Shown here: positions 24,603 to 35,855 of the stretch, piece by piece | How the letters are laid out: each line of letters begins with the position of its first letter | Numbering within the stretch: position 1 is the stretch's first letter | DNA from: Octopus bimaculoides | Lineage: Eukaryota | Assembly (NCBI RefSeq): GCF_001194135.2 | Contig: NC_069001.1 | Span: 640,120-675,974 of the forward strand | DNA: 35,855 nucleotides | Direction: 5' to 3' | Notes under the pieces: model-generated | Told to the model about the DNA's origin: nothing | The model's input: only the letters and a program-made list of their open reading frames with translations | Databases searched by the model: none | Made by a program: the position numbers and the translations under genes

Positions 24603-25516
24603 GCTAGAAAGAGAGATGAAAATAAATAAGAAGAGCAGAGAGAGAGAGAAAGTGAAAGACAGACAGACAGACAAGCAACAGGTAGGCTGACAGACAGAGA
24701 ATTATAAATATTTGTGGCCTGATATAATGTTAAGTTCGTAGTAAATATGATAACATTATTAGAATGGTCTGGAAGTTGTTTGAATTAACATATATTAGAG
24801 TTAAAGTTAAGACAGAAGGAGGGGGAGGAAGAGGAGAAGGATATGAAGAGGAGGAAACAACAGTGAGAGAGGGGAATGGAAGAGTAGCCTTGCGAAGAAA
24901 AAGAAGAAAATAGATGTAGAAGATGTAAGAAGGTAGAAAAAGAAAGAGAAATCAAGAAATAGAAACAAGAAAAAGTAAAGATATAAAAGAATAGAAATAA
25001 AAGAACTAGAAAAAAAAAAGAATGAAAATATGAAGAAAGTTTCAGACGAAGGAATCACAGCAAAAGCTCTGAATCTGAACAGCTGATGCTGTAAGGATGA
25101 GGGCTGGATGGAGGCTGAAGAGAACTCTAACCCTAAGCTGACCTTTGTGAGAAGAAAAATAAATTAGGTGGGAAAAGGATCTTACTTTTGACTTTTTGCT
25201 TGTCTCAGTTATTGGACTGTGGCCATGCTGGGGCACTACCTTGAAGGGTTTTGGTTGAACAAATCAACCCCAGTTACTTATTAATCTTTTTTTAAGCCTG
25301 GTACTTATTCTATCAGTCTCTCTTGCTGAACTGCTAAGTTACAGGGACATAAACAAACTATCACTGGTCGTCAAGCAATGGTAGAGGACAAAGACACACA
25401 CAGATACATACACACACACACATATACATTTATATATATATATATATATGTCTGTATGTATGTATGTATGTATGTATGTATCTATCTATCTATCTATCTA
25501 TNNNNNNNNNNNNNNN

Positions 25517-25555
<39 letters not shown>

Positions 25556-26092
25556 AATGATGAAAATGAGTGCTCAACACTGCATTGGTAGATATAATTT
25601 CTTTATTTGTAAATTAAGGCTACCATTGGTTTCATGTTAAGAAAAGTAGGAAAATATCCTTGTGTCTTAACAATTTTTCAAGCTGGTCTCCGAAATCCAC
25701 CTCACAAGGCTTTGGTCACCCAAGGGTACTTGGGTATTTAGCCAAGAGGCCACACAGTGGGACTGAACCTGGGACCATGTGAGTGGGAAACAAACTTCTT
25801 ACCACACAGCCACGCCTGTACCTAATAATTACAGATACTAATTGAAGAATAAAATAGGTATCAGCTGAGTATCAGGGCTGATACAATCAACTTCCTTCTT
25901 CCATCAAAAACTGTGCCAAAATATGAAACCATAATAATAATAATAATAATAATAAAAGCACCATGGTTGACTTTGTCTTTCATCCTTTTAGAATCAATAA
26001 AATAAATACCAGTTACGTAGTAGGGTTGATGTAATCAACTTAGCACCTCCTCCAAAATTGCTGGCCTTGTGCCAAAATTTGAAACCATTATT

Positions 26093-26124
<32 letters not shown>

Positions 26125-27114
26125 TATTATTACTAAGGCAGTGAGCTTGCAGCATCACCAATGCCACCACCACCACTCCCATCATCATCATCATTGTAGC
26201 TATCGTTTACTCCTTATTAAAATTCCTGTTCATTTAAAGCTGACAGATTTATTGCAAATGTTGGGGGTGGGTTGAGGGAGCCCATTGGTGAGGGTTTTGA
26301 GAAATTTGTTAGCAACAGGAACAAGACACTTTGCACGGGTGTGTGTCAACATGTGTACGCATCTGTGTGTGTGTGTGTATGCATGTATTTATGTGTGTAT
26401 GCGTGCCTGTGTGTGTGTGTGTGCATGTATGTACAGGGCATTAGTTATGCATGTGTGTAAATGATATTCATAAGATGATTTCTCAACCGTGCCCCTCACT
26501 CTTTCTCTCCTGCCCCCTTCTCTCTTCCTTTCTCTTTCTCCTCTCTCTCCCCTTCTCTCTTTCTTTTTCTTCATATTTCCTCTTAAAGCCATTTCACAAA
26601 TCACAAACTTTCTCTACCCCACCTTCCTCATCTCTCTCTCTTCCTTCCCCTCTCTTCTTCTCTCTCACTCTCTCCCTGCCTCAATTCTCCACCCCATGCC
26701 ATGCACCCCCACTTAGTTCCACCACTCCTAACCCCACCCTCAAGCAAACCAGCCCCAGTCCAGTACCATCCCATCCCATTCTACCCCATTTCATCCCCCA
26801 TAAACCAGCCAACAAGAATCTCGATGTCACCAAATCCCTGTGTTTTCTAAAAGATGTTCTCTCATAAAGACCCTTCCTTGGCATTCGGCAACAAATGCTT
26901 TCCCATCTGAAGCTTGCCTGACACAACATTGCACTGTGCATCATTCTTCGGTTTGTATTCTGCAGTGACATAGAATTCACACCAGACTACGGGATATGTA
27001 CTAACACACACACACACTTAGATACATATGCAGATTGTATATATANNNNNNNNNNNNNNNNNNNNNNNNNNNNNNNNNNNNNNNNNNNNNNNNNNNNNNN
27101 NNNNNNNNNNNNNN

Positions 27115-27147
<33 letters not shown>

Positions 27148-27789
27148 CATATATACATGTTTATATGTGTGTGTATATGTATGCATATACACAAAAACAA
27201 ATATGTACATATATATTCATACATACACACACATATGTATATACAGAGAGAGAGAGAGAGAGGAACAGAGGGATGTATATATCATGTATATATCCACATG
27301 CATATATACATGTATGTATATGTATATATAATAGATAGATGGATGAATGAATGGATGGACATATATCTATATACTTTATGCATATGATACATATCCATGT
27401 ACTCACACCTACACACATGCATATATATATGTGTGTGTGTGTGTGTGTGAATACACATCCTCTTTTAATTTCATGTATTTATAACAATAACAATTTTGAG
27501 GAGTGGATATCCAGATGGTTTGTGTCTTGAACCGTGTTAAATTAAGATGCATTTTACTGCATGAGGTTATGCTTGTATTAAATTACACGGCATTGCCCTG
27601 CATTTTACTGCATTATATTAAGCTATGTTGCATTGCACTCCACCAACACCATATTATACACTTGCGTTGTGTTGTATCTAATATATATACATGAAATTGT
27701 TTACACAGCAATAATTCAACATCTTGATATCTTCTCTCCTTACATACTTCTTTCTTAACCCAGATAAAACTATTGATTCCCTCATTTTT

Positions 27790-28272
27790 TTTCCCATGAT
27801 GCACCTCTGTTAAATTATGACCCCATTTTTCCTCCTGTTTTCTCAACATACTCCTGACCGAAATTGTGACCTATTTTTTTTTTGCATAACCCATCATGCT
27901 TTTCGACATGCTTGTGACCTATATTCTTTCCTTTTTAATATTTTTCTTTACTCTAATGCACTTCATTAAAATTATGATCCACTTTTTCTTTATATATTTT
28001 CCGATTTCGCTCTTGATTGAAAACTGCAATCCACCTTGTTATAATTTTTTTCCCATCATGCAATGGACTAAAATTATGACCCATCTTCTTTTTCCCCATC
28101 ATGCATCACTCTAAAATTATGACCCTTCTTATTTTATTTTTTTTTTTTGGCCCGTCATGCACCTGAGAACAATTATGACTCATATTTTTCCCATCATGCT
28201 CTTGGCTGAAATTATAATCCATCTTATTTGTATTCTCTCCCATCATGTACTGGACTAAAATTCCAACTCATT
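27790..28272. repeat. Minisatellite, ~10 degenerate units cccatcatgca..ggactaaaattatgacccatc(t)n
   Basis: Recurring cccatcatgc and aaattatgacc cores separated by variable poly-T, period ~40-60 bp. Confidence 0.8.
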
Positions 28273-29191
28273 TTATATACTGTGTCTATCCAAGAAAGTA
28301 AACTTTTTAAAAAACTAATTTACAGCTTCCTTACAACTTCACCCTTTAGCATTTAAACCACTCGTATGTGGCCCAAATACTCTACAAGTTTTATGTTCAA
28401 ACTAACCAAATTCAGCTTCTCACACCTACCATAAAATATCATTCTAAAAAGATACTTTGACATCACTGAAATCTTGAAACAGCAAGATAATGCCTATTGG
28501 TGATGCTTGTTGACCCAAAGTGAAATCAGTTTGAATCAAATGGCATCATGCGTGACAGAATAATCTAAAGGCTACAGAGTGTCACTCAAACCTACGTTCT
28601 GCATAAGAGTCCCTTTATTGTTGAGACACTAATCTCAGCTCTATTCTTCTCTAGTTTTAGATAATGAATAGTTCTTGTAAATTTGTTCCAGTCTCTCTAT
28701 CATTTGAAATTGGTAACCTTTCAGGGGTGGATTTTTAGTTTGGGAACAATGGGTTGGATGGCTGGGGAACAAAAGTCATTTTAAGCTTTGTCAAAAAAAA
28801 TCATGGATAAAAAGTGACACATGGGCATATTTCCAAGCACTGGAGGTGGTTTGTGTTCCCACCAGTTTTTATCATGGAACAAGTCCAGGCTTTTGCAAAT
28901 TACCCAGTGAATATATTGTGCAGCTCTGTCATACCTGTAGAGATACTCTGTAGGCAAAAGAAGATTGCACATGGAGACAACATGATCAATGGCTTCATTT
29001 TGTTGTTGACATATACAACATGTTGGACTACTGCCATTCTTTAATATGTTGGCCTGGTAGTTTCTTGTAGGTAGGCATTGATCTTGGGCTGCTATGATAA
29101 ACCCTTCTGTTTCTGATTTTAAGCCAGAAGACAGTAACGATTATTATCATTATTATTATAATTAATACATATTTTTGTTTTTTTTATATAG

Positions 29192-29280
29192 TTGCAATTA
29201 TGACACAACATTTGAAGGCAAAACAGCATCTTCAGTTTGTGTTAACAGTCAGTGGTCAACAGAAACCCCCAAATGTTATG
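29192..29280 (+). CDS. Exon 10: second half of split CCP (phase 2-1): CNYDTTFEGKTASSVCVNSQWSTETPKCY
   Basis: Acceptor ttttatatag, donor gtaaat, 89 nt; 85+89 = 174 nt. Confidence 0.87.
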
Positions 29281-29967
29281 GTAAATAAAAACTCTCTTTT
29301 TCCTTCTTTTCTCCTCCTTCATAACAAGCAGAGAAGGTAACTCATTAGCAGAGTCATTATGGCAGTGAATAGATTACTTTGTGGCAATTGTCACTGTTTT
29401 CAGTGCTCTGAGTTCAAATCTTGTTGAGATCAACTTTGCCTCTCATCTATTTGGAGTTGATAAATAAGATACCAGTTTGTTCTTCTCTTTCTCCCTGTCT
29501 TTCTTTCTGTCTGTTCATCTGTCTCTCTTTCTGGAAGTAATTGGCAACGATCAGTTCTGGTGAGATATGGGTAATGGCAGTCGGAAAACAATATAAAACG
29601 CAATGCTGAAGACCTGTCAGGCATCAAGACAGGACTCCTATTTCTCCATCAAAAAGTTGAGAAGCTAAAAACATGTCATGTATCAAGACAATACTCTTCC
29701 TGAATCCACGAATGAGGACCTGAAGACACACCATATGTCAACAAGGCATCCCCTCTCATTCCATCAAAGAGTTGAAGACCTCAAGCAAGGCCATGAGAAG
29801 AAGAGCTGTCCAGTATTCATACAAAACATCTCACGGTTTTCGTTTACATACCTTTCTATGTTCTTAGTTCAAATTCTGTCCTGATCTCCTGTGTGTGTTT
29901 CAGCCTCTTTGTGAGGTTGATAAAATAAGCATTGAAGGTTTATATAGACTCAGTTATGTACTAGAAC

Positions 29968-30281
29968 AATGATGATGATGATGACAATACTGATGGTGAT
30001 GGCAGTGATGATGATGATGATAGTGATGATGACAATAACAACAACAACGATGGTCGTAATGATGATGACAATAACAGTGATGATGATAACGAAGGTGATG
30101 CTGACAGTGAAAGTGAGAGTGATGATGATGATGATGATGGTAGCGATGACTATAATAAAAATGATGTTAACGGTGATGGTGATGGTGATGGTTACAGTGA
30201 TGATTACTGCAGCGATGATGAGAATGACAATGTTGACAACGGTGACCATGATGACAATGATGGTGATGATGATAATGATGA
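29968..30281. repeat. Cryptic (GAT/GGT)n tract abutting the exon 11 acceptor
   Basis: Visible directly. Confidence 0.95.
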
Positions 30282-30299
30282 CTTTTCTTCTTTTCACAG

Positions 30300-30500
30300 C
30301 TAAATGCACCGTTCCAGATGTCCGAGGGCTTAACATTTTCCAGCAAGACTTCCTGAATTTAATCAGGTTAAAGCCGTATGACACCATAAAACACAAAGCC
30401 ACTGTCAATTACCATTGTGTACCTGGTTATAGGCCGTCAGTGCCAAAGTTATTGTCGTGTTACAATGGAACTTGGACTAAGGATATAAAATGTACTGAAG
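30300..30500 (+). CDS. CCP exon 11 (phase 1-1): KCTVPDVRG...HKATVNYHCVPGYRPSVPKLLSCYNGTWTKDIKCTE
   Basis: Acceptor ttttcacag, donor gtaaga, 201 nt; full CCP with a long insertion after the first Cys. Confidence 0.9.
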
Positions 30501-31281
30501 GTAAGAATACACCGTTCACTTTGCTTGTCTGTTATCATGCTTTTTTCTTTTTCTTGCCTTTTTGGGGATTCGCAGAAAGAATCATTAGAAGAGTTAGTCA
30601 AAATGTCTTACATTATTTCATCTAGTCCTCCATGTTCTGAGTTTGAATCTTACCAAAACCAAATTTGACTTTTATCCTTTTGATTCCATAAAAATATAAT
30701 ATCAGTCAAAAACTGATTGGGCTTGATTTGGTAACATAACCCATCACCAAATTCCTCCTCCATCTCCTTGTCTCCATCATTTCTTCTGCTTCTTTTTTTT
30801 TTCTATTTCATCTTCTATTTCTTTAAATTACAAAGCACATTATATCTGTCAAACATTAAAAGACGAAAAATAGGCAATTCCTTCTAAGTGTATTTTGAGT
30901 ATATTTAAAAGTGCAGTTTAGATTAAATGGCAGTGTTTCAAAAGAATTTTTTGAAATTCCTTGCTTACGTTGAATATATCTATGTTCTCAAATATGCTGA
31001 CTGACACTGTGGAATTTCCATGGATCCCACATGTCGTCATCATTACTGCTGCCATTGTCATTGTTATTAAGGCAAGTTAGCAGAATTGTTAGCATGCCAG
31101 CCAAAATTCTTAGCAGCATTTCATCCATCTTTACATTCTGAGTTCAAATTCTGCTGAGGTTGACTTTTGCCTTTCCTCCCTTCAGGGTCAATAAAATGAG
31201 AACCAGTTGCATACAGGGGTGATGTCATCAATTATCTCCCTCCCCCAAATTTCAGGCCTTGTGCCTATTGTAGAAAGAATT

Positions 31282-31381
<100 letters not shown>

Positions 31382-31434
31382 TGCAATTTTACTTTTTAAA
31401 TCTTACTTTTTATTAATTTTTTATTGTTTATCAG

Positions 31435-31540
31435 GGGAAGGAAGGGAAGAAGTGCCCCAGACCTGTAGCTTCCTAATTTTATTTTCAGGAACTTCTGTGT
31501 CTGGTGGAAGGGATACAGGAACAAGGATATTCTCAATCTA
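31435..31540 (+). CDS. Candidate next or terminal coding exon (alternative acceptor at 31489): ...GTSVSGGRDTGTRIFSI*
   Basis: Two T-rich acceptors (gtttatcag/31435 and ctaattttattttcag/31489) give the same phase-1 frame, ending at TAG 31538-31540. No recognisable domain. Confidence 0.25.
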
Positions 31541-31986
31541 GAGACCTTGGCTGGATTCTTGTAATGGTTAAATTCTATTAAAGACATCCAAATGCTAGGT
31601 GGAGTGGGGTGGGGTGAGGGCTGTTGAACTGAGAAAAGAAGTCTGTTATCCAAACAATTTTAGAACACAAACACTGAGAGCAAAGGCCACAAGATCAAGG
31701 TTGACCTTGGTAGAATTTGAACCTTTACCCCAACCCATTAAAAAAAATTGTTATTGTTTCACCCTGAGTGACCATTATTTCTGAAATAGAGAAACAGAAT
31801 GAATGACTAGAAGTAAGGAGCATATACTTAAAGTTAGTGCTTAATTAAATCTCAATGTTCATTATTTATGTACTAATGAGAGAGGAAGGAACCACTCTTG
31901 CCTTTCTGACGTCTTGAAATAAATAATTGAAAACATACTAATGCTCTTAAGGATACTAAACCATTTTGGGGTTTTCTTTCATATAT

Positions 31987-32049
<63 letters not shown>

Positions 32050-32224
32050 TAGATTCAAGGTGAATATGGTACTTAAGTTTAAGCACCAGAATTAAATATG
32101 GTATTATCCATACAATTTCAAAATAAGGTGATTAGAATCAAGCAACAAAGACACCCAAAGTTAATGCAGTATGACCGTTTCATGTGACTCCATTTATTTA
32201 AGCAATGTGAACATTACATCAAAT

Positions 32225-32560
32225 ATAAAATGCCGACCACTCCAAGAGTGTAGTGGGTGCTTTTACATGCCACCGGTACGAGGGCCAGTCAGGCGGTACT
32301 GGCAACGCCCATGCTTGAATGGTGCTTTTTACATGCCACCAGCACAGAAGCCAGTCCAGCAGCACTGGCAATGACCTCACTCGAATGTTTTTTCACATGC
32401 CACCGGCACAAGTGCAAGCAGGGCTACGTTGGTAATGATCATGCTCAAATGGTGCTGTTTACGTGCCACCGGCACAGAAGCTAGACAGCTGCTCTGGCAA
32501 TGATCATGCTCGGATGGTACAGTTAGCGCTCCACTGGCATGGGTACCAGTCATCGAATTT
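32225..32560 (-). mobile_element. SINE family A copy with 4-5 tandem ~65-bp units
   Basis: gtgcttttacatgccacc units at ~32258, 32322, 32389, 32452 and 32517; reverse complement of the 11585-11800 type. Confidence 0.8.
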
Positions 32561-32706
32561 GGTTCAATTACGATTTCGATTTCACTGGCCCCAACACGTC
32601 TTTGCAAGCAGAGTTTAGTGTCCAATGAAGGAAAATTTGGCATGGGAGTCGTCGAATTTGGTTCGATTTCGATTTCACTTGCCTCAAGAAACATATACAT
32701 ACATAC

Positions 32707-32762
<56 letters not shown>

Positions 32763-33214
32763 ATCTATGTCTATCTATATATATATATATATCTATTTAG
32801 CTAGATAGATAGATGGATATAGATATAGATATAGCTTGACGCATTTCATACGTAATGCTTGCGTACTCCAAGATAAAACCGAGTGACCATATTCATAACA
32901 ATGAGGTACTAACAAAATGCAACATATCAAGCATTGTTGTCATTGTGGTTTTGTGGTTTTGTGCCATGAAGCAAAGCAAGCCTTGCCGTCCACTCAAGCA
33001 AACTGAGTCCTCAACTCTCGTTCCATTTACCTAAATGTTTGCAAGGCACCAGCAGGCCTCAAGAGATGCATTCGTGTCCACAAAACATGATTAACGCATC
33101 ATTTTACTGAACCCTCATTTGTTGTTCACGGCAAGAGAATCCATCACACACACACAAGTTTGTGTGTGTGAATCTGCTGAAAAACCCATAGAATTCCTCA
33201 GCATTGTCTTTGTG

Positions 33215-33361
33215 TCTCTTACAAATATACCTGCATACACACACACTCAAACACGCACATACATATATACACATACACTCTTACATATACACACACACAT
33301 TTGCACAAGCATGCATATTCATATATACATTCATACTCACATACATGAATACACATAACAC

Positions 33362-33399
<38 letters not shown>

Positions 33400-34083
33400 A
33401 GCAGATGTAAAGGCATGCTGTCATACACACATACACACAAGCATATACACATAATTACATGAAATAGAGTCTGTATTTGGGTGTGTTTGTATGTATTATG
33501 TGTGTGTGTGTGTGTATGTGTGTGTATCCAGACTTGCAGAAATGCACGTATGCATTGGCTCACTACACACACACACACACACACATGCAAACACTCACAC
33601 ACACACAAACTAATATCTAGATCATATGTAAAATTTTACAGTAGCCAGTCTCTCACTTAAAAACATACACACACACTTAAATATGAATACAGACACATAT
33701 ACAGATACTCTTCAATATACACATACATTTAAATATACACCCACGAATTACACATACTTAAACGTAAGCATAAACTTACAGGCACACATTTAAATATACA
33801 CACATATGCATTTGAATATCGACACATTTAAATACACGCTCATTTATACACATACATATACACACTTAATATATATATGTACACAAATATTTAAATAAAT
33901 ATATATGCACATACATATACAAACTTAATATGCATAAACACAAACATATGTACTCATACACATGCACTTTTGTATACATACAGACACCCACACACACAAA
34001 TACATTTAAATATACATATACACAAACATGTATGCGCACACACTTAACTATACACACACTCATATAAATAAACATATAGACAC

Positions 34084-34121
<38 letters not shown>

Positions 34122-34131
34122 NNNNNNNNNN

Positions 34132-34172
<41 letters not shown>

Positions 34173-34255
34173 CTACCCACAATAAATTACAAGCACAAGC
34201 TTAAATATTTGTACCCACCCACAAAAATATACATACACAAAAATATACATACACT

Positions 34256-34286
<31 letters not shown>

Positions 34287-34520
34287 CACACATAAATATG
34301 CATACTCACACATATACTTTGAATATACATATATACACAAACATACATATACATGCACAGATATACATATACAAACATATATATATATATATACTCACAT
34401 ACACACACACACACACATAGATACACATATACATACACACACATAAATCTACATACACACATGCACATATATATATATATAAATACATATATACAAATCT
34501 ACACACACACACACACATAA
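33215..34520. repeat. Long (CA)n/(TA)n compound microsatellite region with N gap 34122-34131
   Basis: Visible directly; the other N gaps at 25502-25516 and 27046-27114 also lie in (TA)n. Confidence 0.95.
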
Positions 34521-34959
34521 ATCTACGTAAACACTCTCCAAGAATCTACAAAATCTGGGAATGTTTTGGTGCTGCCTCCTTCACCATTATTCCTCGACAA
34601 TGCTAACAGTTCACACAAGAATTTCTTTGTTGATTGTTGTAAGTCTTTGAGACACTGAGCAAAATCAGAAACTGGGTGCCATCTAGTCACCCCCACTCCA
34701 ACCTGGCTCCCTCACACACACACACACACATGACATGCCTACATGATTACTTGATGCCACTGTTGATGCTGTTGTTGTTGCTGTGAAGTGTGGTGGTGGT
34801 AGTGGTGGTGGTAGTGGTGGTGGTGGTAGCAATGGTAGTGGTGTTGGTGGTGATGGTGAAGTGACAGAAAATATTAAAGTGCTAAAGTTTCAAGCCTTAC
34901 AAACTGATAATAGTAAATCCACCCACCCACATGTATGAATGTAGTATGTATGCATAGGT

Positions 34960-35115
34960 GCAGGCATGGCTGTGTGGTAAGAAGCTTGTCTCCTAACCAC
35001 ATGGTTCCAGGTTCAGTCCCACTGTGTGGCACCTTAGGCATGTGTCTTCTACTCTAGCCTCGGGCTGGTTAAAGCTATGTGAGTGGATTTGGTAGATGGA
35101 AACTGAAAGAAGCCT
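34960..35115 (+). mobile_element. tRNA-derived SINE family D (ggctgtgtggtaagaagcttg...ggttcagtcccactg...gatttggtaga.ggaaactgaaagaagcc)
   Basis: A-box/B-box-like head; further copies at ~35400-35560(+), 3430-3610(-), 25690-25820(-), 23430-23590(+) and 15090-15220(+). Confidence 0.8.
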
Positions 35116-35654
35116 GTTGTGTGTGTGTGCGTGTGTGTATGTATGTATGTATATATTTATGTGTATGTGTCTTTGTTTCTATGTTTGTTCCCACACCATT
35201 GCTTGACAACCAATATTGGGGTGTTTACATCTCCAGAACTTAGCAGTTTGGCAAAAGATATTGATAGAATAAGTACAACGCTTACAAAAAATTAGTCCTG
35301 GGGTTCATTTCTTCGACTAAAAAACCTTTTGAGGTAGTGCTCCAGCATGGCCACAGTCAAATGACTGAAGCAAGTATTATATATATGTATGGGAGTATGT
35401 ATGTAGTGGTTGATGTAAGAAGTTTGCCTCCTAATCACATGGTTCTGGGATCAGTCCCACTGCATGACATCTTGGGCAGCAAGTGTCTTCTACTATAGAC
35501 TATGGCCAACCAAAGACTTAGGAGTGGATTTGGCAGACAGAAAGCGAAAGAAGCTTCTTGTGTGTGTGTGTGTGTGTGTATAAAGATATATATATATATA
35601 TAAATATATATCAAACAATGATGATATATATATATATATATATATGCATATGCA

Positions 35655-35815
35655 TATATAGGGAGAATTGACAAAAAAACAAGAGATGAAGGCAGATGGT
35701 GTAGAAAACAAACAGATGTATTAGTATAACACTCGGGAATTGAAAAAGTCCTTAATGTTTCAAGCCTATGTTCTTCCACAGAAAGGAACACAGAAAGAAA
35801 CAAGGAGAAAAAAAA
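35655..35815 (-). mobile_element. Penelope-like terminal-repeat fragment with degenerate minimal hammerhead-like motif (35749-35787)
   Basis: Minus strand: tcctt-t-CTGTGGAA-gaac atag gctt-GAAAC-att-aagga; layout resembles PLE hammerheads but core and stem II are mutated. Confidence 0.5.
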
Positions 35816-35855
35816 TGTGTGTAGTGGTTAGCGATATGTATGTATATATACATAT

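Larger units (their letters stand above)
10772..30500 (+). other. Multi-exon gene (partial) encoding a 10x Sushi/CCP-module protein, LEV-9/Hasp-like
   Basis: 11 exons with canonical AG/GT sites splice in frame (204+177+183+189+195+174+171+171+85+89+201 = 1839 nt, no stops). Each module has the C..C..C..W..C CCP pattern. The family assignment rests on recalled LEV-9/Hasp motifs and was not database-checked. Confidence 0.9.

Noticed and set aside
29606-29640. CTGAAGA followed by hairpin cctgtc/gacagg, hammerhead-like
   Set aside because: No GAAA after stem II and no stem I/III
29969-30625. 218-aa poly-Met ORF running into a CCP domain
   Set aside because: The N-terminal part is an (ATG/GAT)n microsatellite that happens to be in frame; the real exon starts at the acceptor at 30300
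32257-32530. Regularly spaced repeats resembling a CRISPR array
   Set aside because: Whole ~65-bp units are homologous (no unique spacers), they lie inside a eukaryotic SINE, and there are no cas genes
34960-35040. tRNA-like A/B boxes
   Set aside because: These are SINE heads with no complete cloverleaf

Overview
Eukaryotic, AT-rich, microsatellite- and SINE-dense DNA. The repeat families resemble those I recall from octopus genomes, so the taxon is an inference; three short N gaps all lie in (TA)n tracts. The main content is a + strand spliced gene fragment. Eleven GT-AG exons (10772-30500) join into one stop-free 1839-nt frame encoding 10 tandem Sushi/CCP (SCR) modules. Nine modules are single phase 1-1 exons and one is split by a phase-2 intron. 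The module order and junction motifs (FCGKPP..ARHNA, CE-P-MHC.PPG, GSIIFFSC..FEG..SS.C...WS...PKCY-A-KC.VP) match my recollection of the LEV-9/Hasp family of secreted cholinergic-synapse scaffolds, with apparent extra modules. No signal-peptide or WAP exon was found, and the 3' end is uncertain. Flanks and introns hold decayed retroelements (Hero/NeSL-type RLE LINE, internally deleted Gypsy LTR element, Tx1/L1 RT fragment, RTE 5' end), Penelope-like hammerhead-type motifs, many SINEs and MITEs, minisatellites and three fold-back palindromes. Nearly all ORFs in the supplied track are microsatellite artefacts.
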